Assembly: GCA_965373035.1 (NCBI GenBank)
Contig: CBDVEP010000002.1
Span: forward strand, 1 to 59,362
From: an uncultured bacterium
Lineage (GTDB): Bacteria > Spirochaetota > JAHITG01
Reading direction: 5' to 3'
DNA: 59,362 nucleotides
The position numbers were made by a program, and so were the translations under genes. The notes under the pieces were generated by a model. It was not told where the DNA came from, ran no database searches, and worked only from the letters and a program-made list of their open reading frames with translations. Positions 1 through 9,795 of this stretch are shown piece after piece; position 1 is the first letter of the stretch, and each line of letters opens with the position of its first letter.

Positions 1-2087
1 ATAAATATTTGTGCTTTTATAATACCCCGAATAATATCTCCATCTTTTATATTTTTTATATTAACAGCTATATCATGCATTGATTTTGAATACAATTTTT
101 GAAGTGTAAAATAAACAGGCTTTATAAATTTCCTATCCAAACTTATGGTTCCCATTGACTGGTAAGGATAACCAAGCATAGTGTACCAGTCAAAAGCACA
201 CCACCACACAACTCCACCTACCTGTGGAAATTCCTTAAAGGCTTTAAATGTATTAGTTGCAATTTCCACCTGCTCATCTACATTTAAAAATGAGTCATAA
301 GACCATATACCATATTCTGTAGCAATAAATGGTTTATGAGAATAAAAATGGACAAAATCATCTACAGCTTTTTTAGTGCCTTTATAAGCAATACCCTTTT
401 CTCCAAAAACACCACAATACATTGTTGCACCAACATAATCACAATCTCTATGAGAACCATCTCTGGTATCATGCCCGGCAGCAGACTGTCCAATAAGTCT
501 TGACCCATCAATCATATTTGCTGATTTTTTCAAGTCCCATATAAATTCTCTTCGTTCATTCTGCCACCCACATTCATTACATGTGGACCAGAATAATATA
601 GAAGCATGATTATAATCTCTATATATCATTTCAAGCCACATTTGCCTTGCAACTCCTCTTTCTTCACGCTGGAGGTCAAACTGGGGGCCGCCAAACCAAA
701 AAACAGGTATCTCCTCCATTACAGCAAGACCAATTCTATCTGCCAGAATATAAGTTAATGGATGATTAGGATAATGGGCTGTACGCAGGAAATTTGCATT
801 CATATCTTTAATTGCCTGTAAATCCTTTAAAATCCTTGAAGCATTATTAAAGGATAATGCTTTCCCTGTCTCCATATAATCTTCATGTCTTGCCACACCT
901 TTAAAAAATATCTTTTTACTATTTAATTTAAATCCTTCAGCATTTTCATGTTTTTCAATCTTACGAATACCAAATTGTGTATAAAATTTATCTATAATCT
1001 TTTTCTTCTTTTTTAATAATACTTCCAGAACATAAAGCTGTGGATTATCAGGTGTCCAGTATTTTACATTATTAAATTTAAATTCATAATTAATAACAGA
1101 TACTTTACCTGGATATACTTCAATACTTTTTACTGCCTTATTCTTATTTATCTTTAACCTTTGTTTAAAATCAGCAATATCTGAGGCTTTAGAACTTAAT
1201 ATGTTTTTATTATTAATAATTGTATTATAAATTTTTACTGAAGTTTTAATAGAATTTTTTTTATTTTCTGTATTATGAACATAAACACTTATTTTACACT
1301 TTGCGTTCTTCTTACCAGAAGGTTCAGACCTTACATCAGATCGAACAATATAAACTTTTTCACTTATCTCTATATATACATCCCTGTTTATTCCTCCATA
1401 ATTCCACCAGTCTGCTTTTTTATAAGGAACAATGTTGCGTTTATTTGATTTAAAATCAAAATCATTATCTTTAAGCCATGGGATATTATCCACACGCACT
1501 GCTATACTATTTTTTTTATTCCATGAGATATACCTGGTAATATTAAAAACAAATGGGGTATATCCTCCTTCATGAGTTCCTATCCACTTACCATTAATCC
1601 AAACATCTGTAACATAATTAGCACCATGAAAAAATAACCTGATTAATTTATCTTTATAAGCAGGATCAATTTTAAATCCAGTACGATACCATGTTCCATC
1701 CTGATAACGGTAAGGATAAGGATTATTAACAGAAGGTATTTTAACTTCTTTCCATGAAAAATCATTAAAATTTTTCTTATACCATCCTTTTGATTCTTTC
1801 TCAAGTTTAGCTATTATTTCTTCTGTTCTTTGCTTCAATGATAAGTCATGATTTACTTTTACTTTCTTAAAACGCCAGTAAGTATTTAAAGAAATAGTTA
1901 TCCTCTCCTGAGGTTCAAACGAAGGATATGGCAAATTATTTTGAAAAGGAATAAGCCCATCCTCTGTTTCTATAATTTCAAAAGTAGCTTTTTGAGTTTC
2001 ACATTGAGCTAAATAAGGATGGCAATAAATTAATAAGAAAAGAAAGAAGTAAGTTAAAAAAAATAATCGTATAATTGTTTTTAGCAA
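1..2087 (-). CDS. Glycoside hydrolase family 2 (beta-galactosidase/beta-glucuronidase-like), first ~695 codons; the 3' end runs off the window
   Basis: Not in the ORF track because the stop is off-window and the start is not ATG. My translation of the minus strand is open from base 1 to a TTG at 2087-2085, preceded by GGAAAAAGAG. It gives a signal-peptide-like MLKTIIRLFFLTYFFLFLLIY and the GH2 sugar-binding motif DVWINGKWIGTHEGGYTPFVFNIT. It is colinear with the GH2 at 9796-12873, with shared nucleotide strings such as 'tataatctctatatatcat' near 620 and 11420. Confidence 0.8.
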   Translation of the reverse strand, partial: MLKTIIRLFFLTYFFLFLLIYCHPYLAQCETQKATFEIIETEDGLIPFQNNLPYPSFEPQERITISLNTYWRFKKVKVNHDLSLKQRTEEIIAKLEKESKGWYKKNFNDFSWKEVKIPSVNNPYPYRYQDGTWYRTGFKIDPAYKDKLIRLFFHGANYVTDVWINGKWIGTHEGGYTPFVFNITRYISWNKKNSIAVRVDNIPWLKDNDFDFKSNKRNIVPYKKADWWNYGGINRDVYIEISEKVYIVRSDVRSEPSGKKNAKCKISVYVHNTENKKNSIKTSVKIYNTIINNKNILSSKASDIADFKQRLKINKNKAVKSIEVYPGKVSVINYEFKFNNVKYWTPDNPQLYVLEVLLKKKKKIIDKFYTQFGIRKIEKHENAEGFKLNSKKIFFKGVARHEDYMETGKALSFNNASRILKDLQAIKDMNANFLRTAHYPNHPLTYILADRIGLAVMEEIPVFWFGGPQFDLQREERGVARQMWLEMIYRDYNHASILFWSTCNECGWQNERREFIWDLKKSANMIDGSRLIGQSAAGHDTRDGSHRDCDYVGATMYCGVFGEKGIAYKGTKKAVDDFVHFYSHKPFIATEYGIWSYDSFLNVDEQVEIATNTFKAFKEFPQVGGVVWWCAFDWYTMLGYPYQSMGTISLDRKFIKPVYFTLQKLYSKSMHDIAVNIKNIKDGDIIRGIIKAQIF

Positions 2088-2202
2088 CTCTTTTTCCTGA
2101 TTTTAAGATTTTACAATTTAAATAAAATATATGTATTCAAAATCCAGTTGTCAAACAATTTATATGTATTCAACTAATGGGTCACTTATATATTCATTTA
2201 TT

Positions 2203-2328
2203 AGGAGTTAAGACTTTAGTCTTTTATAAGTCTTTTATAAAATTCTAAAAAATTAATTCCTTCATCATGAGCAATAAATTGCACCATAATTTGTATATAT
2301 TATTTTTTTAGAAAATCCGAATTATTAC
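2203..2328 (-). repeat. Copy A (3'-truncated, inverted) of a ~160-bp TIR-bounded intergenic element
   Basis: The reverse complement aligns almost base for base with 56115-56240 and 58256-58383 (gtaataattc[a/g]gattttctaaaaaa ... aagactaaagtcttaactcct). It lacks the last ~33 bp carrying the right-hand TIR. Confidence 0.75.
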
Positions 2329-2384
2329 GTGGCTTCATTTTCGTCCTTATCCTCTATGTCTTTGTGTCTCTGTGGCTATTATTT

Positions 2385-3638
2385 CTATGGGAGTTTTATA
2401 AACTCCAAATTATCAATATACAATGTAAACTCACCTTCAGGATAATCATCATCAACCTGTAATTTTATTTCCTTAAACTTTTTCTTATCAAATTTTTTCC
2501 ATTTAATTTCTTTAAAGGGAATCACTACTTTCTGCCATTTGTTACTAATTTTAATCTTGTTCTCTATCTCTATCTTAGCAGTTACATTCTTATTCACATC
2601 TCCTAATTCAAGTCTCCCTCCAACTCTGCCTTCTCCTTTTACCCAAAATTGTAAAGTATTATAAGGAGAAATATCTTTAGGTGTATCTAAATCTTCCCAG
2701 TTTTTTGGAGGAATGCCTTTTCCCTCAAAACCACCACAAAAAAAACATCCTGCCCAGCCGCCTTTTTTTTGATTAACATGAAATTTAAAAGAAGAATACC
2801 CTTTATATTTTTCTTTCATACTAATAGGTATATTCTCATAATAATCTGATTTTTCAATGGTTGATCTATTTCCCTCCCAACTGCCGCTGAAATTCCATGC
2901 ACCGTCTTCAATTGAATCATCCTCAAAAATTACTTTAAATCTCTTCTTCATTTTTATGCCTTTTTTAATAAAACGCAAATCATCAATATACAATATATAT
3001 TTTCCATAAGGGTCATTTTGTTCAACCATAAAAGTAATTCCTTTTAATGATTTTTTATTAAACCCATAAATCCAGCTAAACTCATCTAAAGGAATCTGAA
3101 CTTTCTGCCATTTTTCCTGTGGTTTAATATAATCAATTAAAAATAGTTTATCCGTGGTTAAATCATTAGTGTCCATTATCTCAATCTTTACATTTTTCAC
3201 TTTTGCTTTTCCTTCTGCTTTTATATAAAATTCTAATGTGTCACAATTACTTATATCTTTTCCTGTATTTGCTTCATCCCATGACCCTGCTGGTATCCCT
3301 TTATTATCAGCACCTGTTAAAATCTGAACACCACAATATCCTTTTTCAAAATGACTTATTTCCAGCTTTAAAGAAGATTTTCCTTTGTAAAACTCTTTTG
3401 TACTTACCAATATATTTTTATTCTTTCCTCTTGTACCAATTTTATCCTGTTCTCCCTGCCATGTATAACAATATTCCCATCCATCAAGAGGAGTTGGATC
3501 CTCTAAAAGCCAGTTTACTACTTTTGCACCTTTCTTCTTTGTAATCTTTTTAGCATCAAGATAATCAAAGGAAAAAACAAACAATCCTGTTAATAAAATC
3601 ACTAAACAATAAACTTTCATACTTTTTAACTTAAACAT
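2385..3638 (-). CDS. Secreted protein with two CIA30/CBM11-like beta-sandwich modules (A+B); a paralog of one repeat unit of the 1578-aa protein
   Basis: N-terminal hydrophobic signal (MKVYCLVILLTGLFVFSF). Each module ends with W.KV.IPL/F + LYIDxLxF (LYIDDLRFIKKG; FTLYIDNLEFIKLP) and contains GKDIS..DTLEFYIKAEG / PKDISPYNTLQFWVKGEG. The same motifs occur in the 4951-9687 product. Confidence 0.7.
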   Translation of the reverse strand: MFKLKSMKVYCLVILLTGLFVFSFDYLDAKKITKKKGAKVVNWLLEDPTPLDGWEYCYTWQGEQDKIGTRGKNKNILVSTKEFYKGKSSLKLEISHFEKGYCGVQILTGADNKGIPAGSWDEANTGKDISNCDTLEFYIKAEGKAKVKNVKIEIMDTNDLTTDKLFLIDYIKPQEKWQKVQIPLDEFSWIYGFNKKSLKGITFMVEQNDPYGKYILYIDDLRFIKKGIKMKKRFKVIFEDDSIEDGAWNFSGSWEGNRSTIEKSDYYENIPISMKEKYKGYSSFKFHVNQKKGGWAGCFFCGGFEGKGIPPKNWEDLDTPKDISPYNTLQFWVKGEGRVGGRLELGDVNKNVTAKIEIENKIKISNKWQKVVIPFKEIKWKKFDKKKFKEIKLQVDDDYPEGEFTLYIDNLEFIKLP

Positions 3639-3677
3639 AATAAAACCTCCTAAATTTTATTTTTTATATTTTTTATT

Positions 3678-3840
3678 TTAGCCACGAATTTACACGAATT
3701 TTTAAAAAATCATGGTAGTTGTCATTGCGAGGAGCGAAAGCGACGAAGCAATCTCGATACTATAATTATGAGATTGCTTCGCAAACCTATCGGTTTACTC
3801 GCAATGACAGGTTATTTAATTCGTGTTTATTCGTGGCTAA
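3678..3840. repeat. R2 'GCCACGAAT' inverted-repeat element with a second hairpin nested in its loop
   Basis: The left arm is ttagccacgaatttacacgaatt (3678-3700). The right arm is aattcgtgtttattcgtggctaa (3818-3840) and is the reverse complement of the left arm with 2 mismatches. Same arm sequence as at 13826-13908 and 15329-15411. Confidence 0.8.
3721..3808. repeat. Nested double hairpin built from the 'GTCATTGCGAG...CGAAGCAATC' unit
   Basis: The outer stem is gtcattgcgag / ctcgcaatgac and the inner stem is cgaagcaatctc / gagattgcttcg. The same ~33-nt unit recurs inverted at 36650-36681, with a fragment at 23951-23963. The supplied ORF 3719..3934 is just a read-through of this repeat. Confidence 0.8.
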
Positions 3841-3879
3841 TTTTTTTATTTTTTTCATATCTTTATTTCAACACCTCCT

Positions 3880-4857
3880 TTATTTACTCCTTTGTCCTTT
3901 TGAACTAAAAAATAAACTTAATGTAATAAAATGAGTATAACCCAGATCATCAGCAGGAACAATCCCATAATCCAACTTGCCAAGCATGGTGCTGGTTATA
4001 AGGTACTGTATTCCTAAGCCAGCCATATATTTATTTATATTTTCGTCTAAATCTAAATAATATCCTCCTCTTATAAATAATAAATCCATCATATCCCATT
4101 GTAAACCAAAACAAAAAACAGGTGATTCACTAAAATATTCATGTATATCTAAATTTAAATAAAAAACATTATGATTCATTTCATAAGCCTTATAATGGGC
4201 ACCTATTTTTAAAGCATAAGGGAGAATCTCTTTTTTTTCAAAATTTTCTAAATATACACCAATATTTTGTAATTGCAGCCCTAATGTTAAATTTTTATGT
4301 TTTTCAAGCCTGCTTTTTCCAGTTATGGAAGGGACTTTAAGATTATATTGCCCCCCTATATCAAAAGCAAGGGCTTGAGATGTATGCTCCATTAATGTTT
4401 CTGAAAAATATTTTATCTTTATTCCCGCACTTAAATCCTTTTTAATTAATCTGCCATAACCTATAGAAATGCCTAATCCGGAATATTTTAAAGGGTTATC
4501 CAGTTCAACACCATCTACATTATATTGAGGAAAATCTCCCATGCCCCAGTAATTTAAATTTCCAGTAATAATACCTTTTAATAATGGTTGGGAATAAGCT
4601 AAAGTGCTAAAATAAATATCAGATATCCATCGTAAATAAGTCAAAGAAACCTGTCTGCTTTTCACATATGCCAACCCACCTGGATTATAAGAATAAGAAC
4701 TAATCTCCGGGATATCTGCTGTTACAGCTTCTGCCATTGCTTTATCCCTGGCAGAATGACTTACCTTTAAAATCTGCCCCCCACGAGTCCCAACAGAGAT
4801 AACTAAAAACGGGAAGCATAGAATACAGATAAAAATAATTATAATTTTTTTCAACAT
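3880..4857 (-). CDS. PorV/PorQ-like outer-membrane beta-barrel (T9SS-associated family), copy 1
   Basis: Signal peptide followed by the family-typical N-terminus GTRGGQILKVSHSARDKAMAEAVTA. The rest shows an alternating amphipathic beta-strand pattern. Lies immediately downstream of a T9SS cargo gene. Confidence 0.65.
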   Translation of the reverse strand: MLKKIIIIFICILCFPFLVISVGTRGGQILKVSHSARDKAMAEAVTADIPEISSYSYNPGGLAYVKSRQVSLTYLRWISDIYFSTLAYSQPLLKGIITGNLNYWGMGDFPQYNVDGVELDNPLKYSGLGISIGYGRLIKKDLSAGIKIKYFSETLMEHTSQALAFDIGGQYNLKVPSITGKSRLEKHKNLTLGLQLQNIGVYLENFEKKEILPYALKIGAHYKAYEMNHNVFYLNLDIHEYFSESPVFCFGLQWDMMDLLFIRGGYYLDLDENINKYMAGLGIQYLITSTMLGKLDYGIVPADDLGYTHFITLSLFFSSKGQRSK

Positions 4858-4868
4858 AAAATCACCTC

Positions 4869-4953
4869 TTTATAGTTTATAGTTCGTAGTTCGTAGTTTA
4901 TAGTTTAAAGATTTACTAAAAACTATGAACTAAAAACTATGAACTATAAACTA
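4869..4953. repeat. R1 'TAGTTTATAG' imperfect inverted repeat (intercistronic hairpin)
   Basis: The left arm tagtttatagttcgtagttcgtagtttatagttt pairs with the right arm aaactatgaactaaaaactatgaactataaacta in 30 of 34 positions. The right end contributes the TAG stop of the 1578-aa gene. Confidence 0.8.
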
Positions 4954-7900
4954 TTCACACTTAATCAAAATCAATTTCGTGGTCTCGTTAACTTCTCCTC
5001 CATTGACTCTTATAATATATACACCACTGCTGACTAATTTTTTATCTTTATTTTCCTTAAACCAGTCAACTTTATTTAATCCTACTGCAAAATGCTCTTT
5101 CTTCTCCCAGACTAATTGACCTGCTATATTATAAATCTTAATATGAACATCATCCTCTTTTTGAACATTAAACCATATCTCTGTTTTATTATCTTCACAT
5201 TTAACATAATTAGGATAAGCAGCTAATTTTCTGTCAGGAAGACATAATACTCTAATATATTCAGATAAAGGGGTCTCATTACCATTATCATCGACTGATG
5301 ATATAGCAAAATAAATAGTATCCTTTGGTTTAAAACCTGTTACTTTTAATGAACTTGTATTTCTGCCATTTACAAAACAAGGAGAATCATCTGGTTTAAG
5401 CCCCTTACCAGTTTTACCAGGAGTATCAAAATTATAGTAAATATTGTATCCAACAATATAATAAGCAGCAGCAGGCTCCCATGTTATAAGAATATGATCA
5501 TTTTTATAAACAGCATTAAAGTTAGATGCAAAATCATGGGTTTTAAAAACCCCCTCACCAACACCTGTAAATTCCATATTATCAATATAACATGTAAAGT
5601 CACCTGTAGGATGATCACCTTCAACAAGATATTTAAAATTTTTAATTTTTCTTAAATCACAAAATTTCCCATCTATAGTCCAATTTATATCATTTAAAGG
5701 GATTTTTACTTGCTTCCATGTATCATTAACCTGAACATAATCAGTAATTTCTATCTTTTCACATGGATAGTCATCTGTATCAGCAAACTCCAGTCTTCCT
5801 ATTGTATTTGCATCCCCTTTTATCCAGAATTTAAAATATTTATAAGAGGATATATCTTTAGGAGCTTTAGAATCAGCATCTGAAGATGGAGGTGTGCCAT
5901 GTCCATTAGAATTACAGGAAATCCTCATATATCCCCAGCCATCAGAATTTGTCTTTTTAACATGAATTTTCAGTGAAGTATTACCATTATATTTTTCATT
6001 AGTGCACACAGGAATATTATGATCTGAATCAGGACTTGTTTCAATTATTACGCCATGATTGGTTTCAGCTCCACTATGATTCCATTTCATATCTACATTT
6101 CCTGAATCTTCATAAATAAATTTAAACCCTGGATTAGGTAATAACCCTGCATCTGTAAATCTTAATTCATCAACATATAAGGTCCAGTTCCCTGATGGGT
6201 CATACTGCTGTGCTGAAAAATTAATATTTTTAATTTGACTCTTATCTATTCCACTTAACCAGACAAAATCATCTAAAGGTATTTGAACTAAATGCCATAA
6301 TGTATTTGTTAAAACAACATAATCTTTTAATATTACTTTATCTGTTCCTTTATCATTTACATCTTTAATTTCTATCCAAGCAGAATTTATATCTGTTGAA
6401 TTTAAAGCTTTTACCCAAAATTCCAATTGATCAGTTCCACTTATATCCTTTCCTATATCTGCATCTGTTACCCAATCAAAAGCTTCACGACCTGTACCAT
6501 CAGCAGAAGTTGTGATAGCAGCATAGCACCAGCCAGGACCAAAATTATGTGTATAATGAAGTTTTAAACTTCTACTTCCACTGTGATTAGTTAATGAAGT
6601 TGGTATATCACTATCCTCTGACTTTTCTATCATATCCACTGCACCTGTATTTGTATTTGTTCCTACCCAGGCATATTGCCACCACCCATTATTATTCCTC
6701 TCTTCATATATCCATTTAACAGTAGTACAAGCTACAGCAGAAGCTGAATCTGACCAATCAGACATTCCTCCACCATGTGTATTAAAAGCCCTAACCCAGT
6801 AATAATATTTCACACTGCCAGATGTATTGTTATCTATATAACTTATTACTTCATCACCTAAAGTCGCAATTAAACTGGCACTTCCATGATTGGAAACTGT
6901 ATTTCTATATAATCTATACCCATCTTCATAAGGCACGTTTTCCCACCATATTCTTATTTTATTATTACCTATGGATGCAGCACTAATTTCAGGAACTTTT
7001 GGGGGCGTAACAATCGGTTCTTCTACTACACTTACAAAAGCCATATTATCAATATAACAGGTAAATTCTCCTTTCGGATGGTCACTCTCTATGACAAATT
7101 TCATTTCTTTTAATCTTGTTTTGTCAAAACTCTGCCAACCTATATCATCAAATGGTATTACAACTTTCTGCCATTTATTTGTAACCCAAACATGGTCTGT
7201 AATTTCAATTTTAGCAGTACTATTGGAACTTTTATCAGTCAATTCCAGCCTGCCAATAGTATTTGTATCACCTTTTATCCAAAAATTTAAAGCAGAATAT
7301 GATGATATATCTTTAGGAGCTTTAGAATCAGCATCTGAAGATGGAGGTGTGCCATGTCCATTAGAATTACAGGAAATCCTCATATATCCCCAGCCATCAG
7401 AATTTGTCTTTTTAACATGAATTTTCAGTGAAGTATTCCCTTTATATTTTTCATTAGTACTAATAGGTAAATTATCCCAGGCACCTGCTGTTTCTATGGA
7501 AAGACCACCATCAGTATTTGTAGCAGCTCCACTATGATCCCATACCATATCTACAATACCACTATCTTCATAAACAACTTTAAATTTTGGGTCAGCAGTT
7601 AACCCTGCATTTACAAATTTAAAATTGTCAATATATAATGTAAAGTCTCCTGAAGGATCATACTGTTCCATTTGAAAATCTACTCTTATTATCTTTGTCT
7701 TATCTATTCCGCCTTTCCAGCTAATATCATCTAATGGTATTTGTATCTGTGTCCATAATGTATGATTTAAATTAATATAATCTTTTAATAAAATTTTATC
7801 TGTTTCTCTTTTACTTTTATCAACAATTTTTATACCTACGGTATTTAATCCTGATGCATTAGATGCCTTAACATAAAACTCCATAGCATCTGTGTTGTTA

Positions 7901-9687
7901 ATATCCCTTCCCTTATTAGTAGCATCTGCCCAGTCAACAGGTTCTTCTCCTAATCCATTTGTAGAGCTTGAAATTCCACATCCACAGTAATGACCCAGTG
8001 TATGTGTAAAATGAAACTTTAAACTATCTGAACCCTCATAATTAATAGAAGATACAGGTATATTACCTGCAATATTTTCTATTATATCAGTACCATCATC
8101 CCATCGGGAAACAAATTCCCATTGATCATTGTTATTATTACTTTCTTCATATATCCATTTAACATCACTGTCACTTTCAGCAGAAGCATAATCTGATACC
8201 ATAGAATCACCAACACTATTTACTGCTCTTACCCAGTAATAATAAGTTATACCATCAGTTAAACCTTCATTTATAAAGCTCGTTACTTCATCTCCTAAAG
8301 TTGTAATTCTTCCTCCCTCACCTGGAAAAATATTTACTGTATTTCTATATAGTTTATATCCATTTTCTATAGGAACATTTTTCCAACTTATCTTTATCTT
8401 ATTATTCCCAATAGAGACAGCATTCACATCAGGAACTTTTGGAGGTACTGTGGTTGGTGGATCAATCACAGTAACAAACTCAAGGTTATCAATAAAACAA
8501 GTAAATTCACCTGCTGGATGGTCAGAATCAGTCATAAATTTTAAAACTTTTATTTTAAAATTATCGCAATTTTGCCAATCAAGATTAGTAATGGGTATAA
8601 CAACTTTCTGCCATTTATTTGTTACCCATACATGGTCTGTTAATTCTATCTTTGCACTGTCATCATCATCTGTATCCTGAAACTGAAATCTGCCAAGTGT
8701 ATTATTACTTCCCTTAATCCAGAAACTTAAAGCCTTATAAGAAGATATATCTTTATCAGCATTAATATCTCCCCAGCCATTAGGTTCTATTCCATCACCT
8801 TTGCTATCACCAGAAAAAGCAGCTCCAGCCCAGCCGCCAGATGCCTGGTTTATATGGAATTTCAAAGAAGTATATCCTTTATATTTTTCACTGCTGCTTG
8901 TAATTAAATTACCGCCTATGTCTTCAATAGTTGAGCCATTACCTTCCCAAATCCAGGTATATTCCCATCTGCTATCAGAGGCAGGTCTATTCTCATATAC
9001 AAACTTATACTTTGGATTAGAAATACGATTTTCATTTACAAACTTAAAATCATCTACATACAATATCCAATCTCCATTTGGATCATTTGCTTCCAAAGAA
9101 AAAGTAACATATTTTATTATTGTCTTATCTGTTCCACTAAACCAGACAAAATCATCTAAAGGAATAGTTACATGTGTCCATGAAGTATGATCTAAAATAA
9201 CATAATCTTTTAATATTACTCTATCAGTAACTTTATTATTAGTATCCCAGAGATGAATTTTCATTGTATTATTTTCTGATGCATTGGATGCTTTTACCCA
9301 GAAGTCAATTGTATCTGTATTACTTATATCCTTTCCTTTATTTGCATCATTACTATTAGTAGCTTCTATACCTGTTCTGTCTGTAGAAGTAGTAATTCCA
9401 CATAAACATGCCCCTATACCAGGATGATGAAAATGAAACTTTAAGCTGCAAGCATCACTATAATAAAAATTTGTTGATACAGGAGGATTACCTAAAAATG
9501 TATCTATATATGAAAAACCACTTCCAGAACTCAAACTTCTATCCCATACACCATTCTTATTTCGTTCTTCATAAATCCATTTATTTGTCTGGGTAAAACC
9601 TATATTAAGTAAAACTGTTTGCGTGAACATAATTAATATAATTATATACTTATAATTTTTTTTCATATCCATCACTTCCTTTTTCAT
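4951..9687 (-). CDS. Giant modular cell-surface protein: signal peptide, 3 x [CBM-like A + CBM-like B + FN3], a further FN3-like domain, and a T9SS C-terminal sorting domain
   Basis: The ~485-aa unit repeats three times; WIYEE[RS]N starts each unit and YIDN[LM][EA]FV ends each B module. FN3-like stretches read PPKVP..A.SIGNNKI.I.W.NVP.E.GY.LYRNT...YYYWVRA.N. The C-terminus KIYNIAGQLVWEKK...SSGVYIIRVNGGEVNETTKLILIK matches the Por secretion tail pattern (TIGR04183-type). Confidence 0.85.
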   Translation of the reverse strand: MKKEVMDMKKNYKYIIILIMFTQTVLLNIGFTQTNKWIYEERNKNGVWDRSLSSGSGFSYIDTFLGNPPVSTNFYYSDACSLKFHFHHPGIGACLCGITTSTDRTGIEATNSNDANKGKDISNTDTIDFWVKASNASENNTMKIHLWDTNNKVTDRVILKDYVILDHTSWTHVTIPLDDFVWFSGTDKTIIKYVTFSLEANDPNGDWILYVDDFKFVNENRISNPKYKFVYENRPASDSRWEYTWIWEGNGSTIEDIGGNLITSSSEKYKGYTSLKFHINQASGGWAGAAFSGDSKGDGIEPNGWGDINADKDISSYKALSFWIKGSNNTLGRFQFQDTDDDDSAKIELTDHVWVTNKWQKVVIPITNLDWQNCDNFKIKVLKFMTDSDHPAGEFTCFIDNLEFVTVIDPPTTVPPKVPDVNAVSIGNNKIKISWKNVPIENGYKLYRNTVNIFPGEGGRITTLGDEVTSFINEGLTDGITYYYWVRAVNSVGDSMVSDYASAESDSDVKWIYEESNNNNDQWEFVSRWDDGTDIIENIAGNIPVSSINYEGSDSLKFHFTHTLGHYCGCGISSSTNGLGEEPVDWADATNKGRDINNTDAMEFYVKASNASGLNTVGIKIVDKSKRETDKILLKDYINLNHTLWTQIQIPLDDISWKGGIDKTKIIRVDFQMEQYDPSGDFTLYIDNFKFVNAGLTADPKFKVVYEDSGIVDMVWDHSGAATNTDGGLSIETAGAWDNLPISTNEKYKGNTSLKIHVKKTNSDGWGYMRISCNSNGHGTPPSSDADSKAPKDISSYSALNFWIKGDTNTIGRLELTDKSSNSTAKIEITDHVWVTNKWQKVVIPFDDIGWQSFDKTRLKEMKFVIESDHPKGEFTCYIDNMAFVSVVEEPIVTPPKVPEISAASIGNNKIRIWWENVPYEDGYRLYRNTVSNHGSASLIATLGDEVISYIDNNTSGSVKYYYWVRAFNTHGGGMSDWSDSASAVACTTVKWIYEERNNNGWWQYAWVGTNTNTGAVDMIEKSEDSDIPTSLTNHSGSRSLKLHYTHNFGPGWCYAAITTSADGTGREAFDWVTDADIGKDISGTDQLEFWVKALNSTDINSAWIEIKDVNDKGTDKVILKDYVVLTNTLWHLVQIPLDDFVWLSGIDKSQIKNINFSAQQYDPSGNWTLYVDELRFTDAGLLPNPGFKFIYEDSGNVDMKWNHSGAETNHGVIIETSPDSDHNIPVCTNEKYNGNTSLKIHVKKTNSDGWGYMRISCNSNGHGTPPSSDADSKAPKDISSYKYFKFWIKGDANTIGRLEFADTDDYPCEKIEITDYVQVNDTWKQVKIPLNDINWTIDGKFCDLRKIKNFKYLVEGDHPTGDFTCYIDNMEFTGVGEGVFKTHDFASNFNAVYKNDHILITWEPAAAYYIVGYNIYYNFDTPGKTGKGLKPDDSPCFVNGRNTSSLKVTGFKPKDTIYFAISSVDDNGNETPLSEYIRVLCLPDRKLAAYPNYVKCEDNKTEIWFNVQKEDDVHIKIYNIAGQLVWEKKEHFAVGLNKVDWFKENKDKKLVSSGVYIIRVNGGEVNETTKLILIKCE

Positions 9688-9696
9688 TATATGTAA

Positions 9697-9793
9697 TTAG
9701 TTTATAGTTTTTAGTTCTTAGTTTTTAGTTTAAAAATGAACTATAAACTATGAACTATAAACTATGAACTATAAACTATAATCTATAAACTAA
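9697..9793. repeat. R1 'TAGTTTATAG' repeat: a left arm plus four tandem 14-bp units (tgaactataaacta) at 9737-9792
   Basis: Direct reading of the sequence. Three perfect 14-mers are followed by one degenerate 14-mer, opposed by ttagtttatagtttttagttcttagtttttagttt. Lies between the GH2 stop (9796) and the start of the giant gene (9687). Confidence 0.8.
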
Positions 9794-9795
9794 AT

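Noticed and set aside
3719-3934. A 71-aa plus-strand ORF (MSLRGAKATKQSRYY...).
   Set aside because: It is a translation of the nested palindromic repeats (GTCATTGCGAG unit and R2 arm). No coding signal is present.
9737-9792. A tandem 14-bp repeat array considered as a possible CRISPR or mini-CRISPR.
   Set aside because: The units are contiguous with no spacers and far too short. No cas genes are present, and the array is half of an inverted-repeat hairpin.
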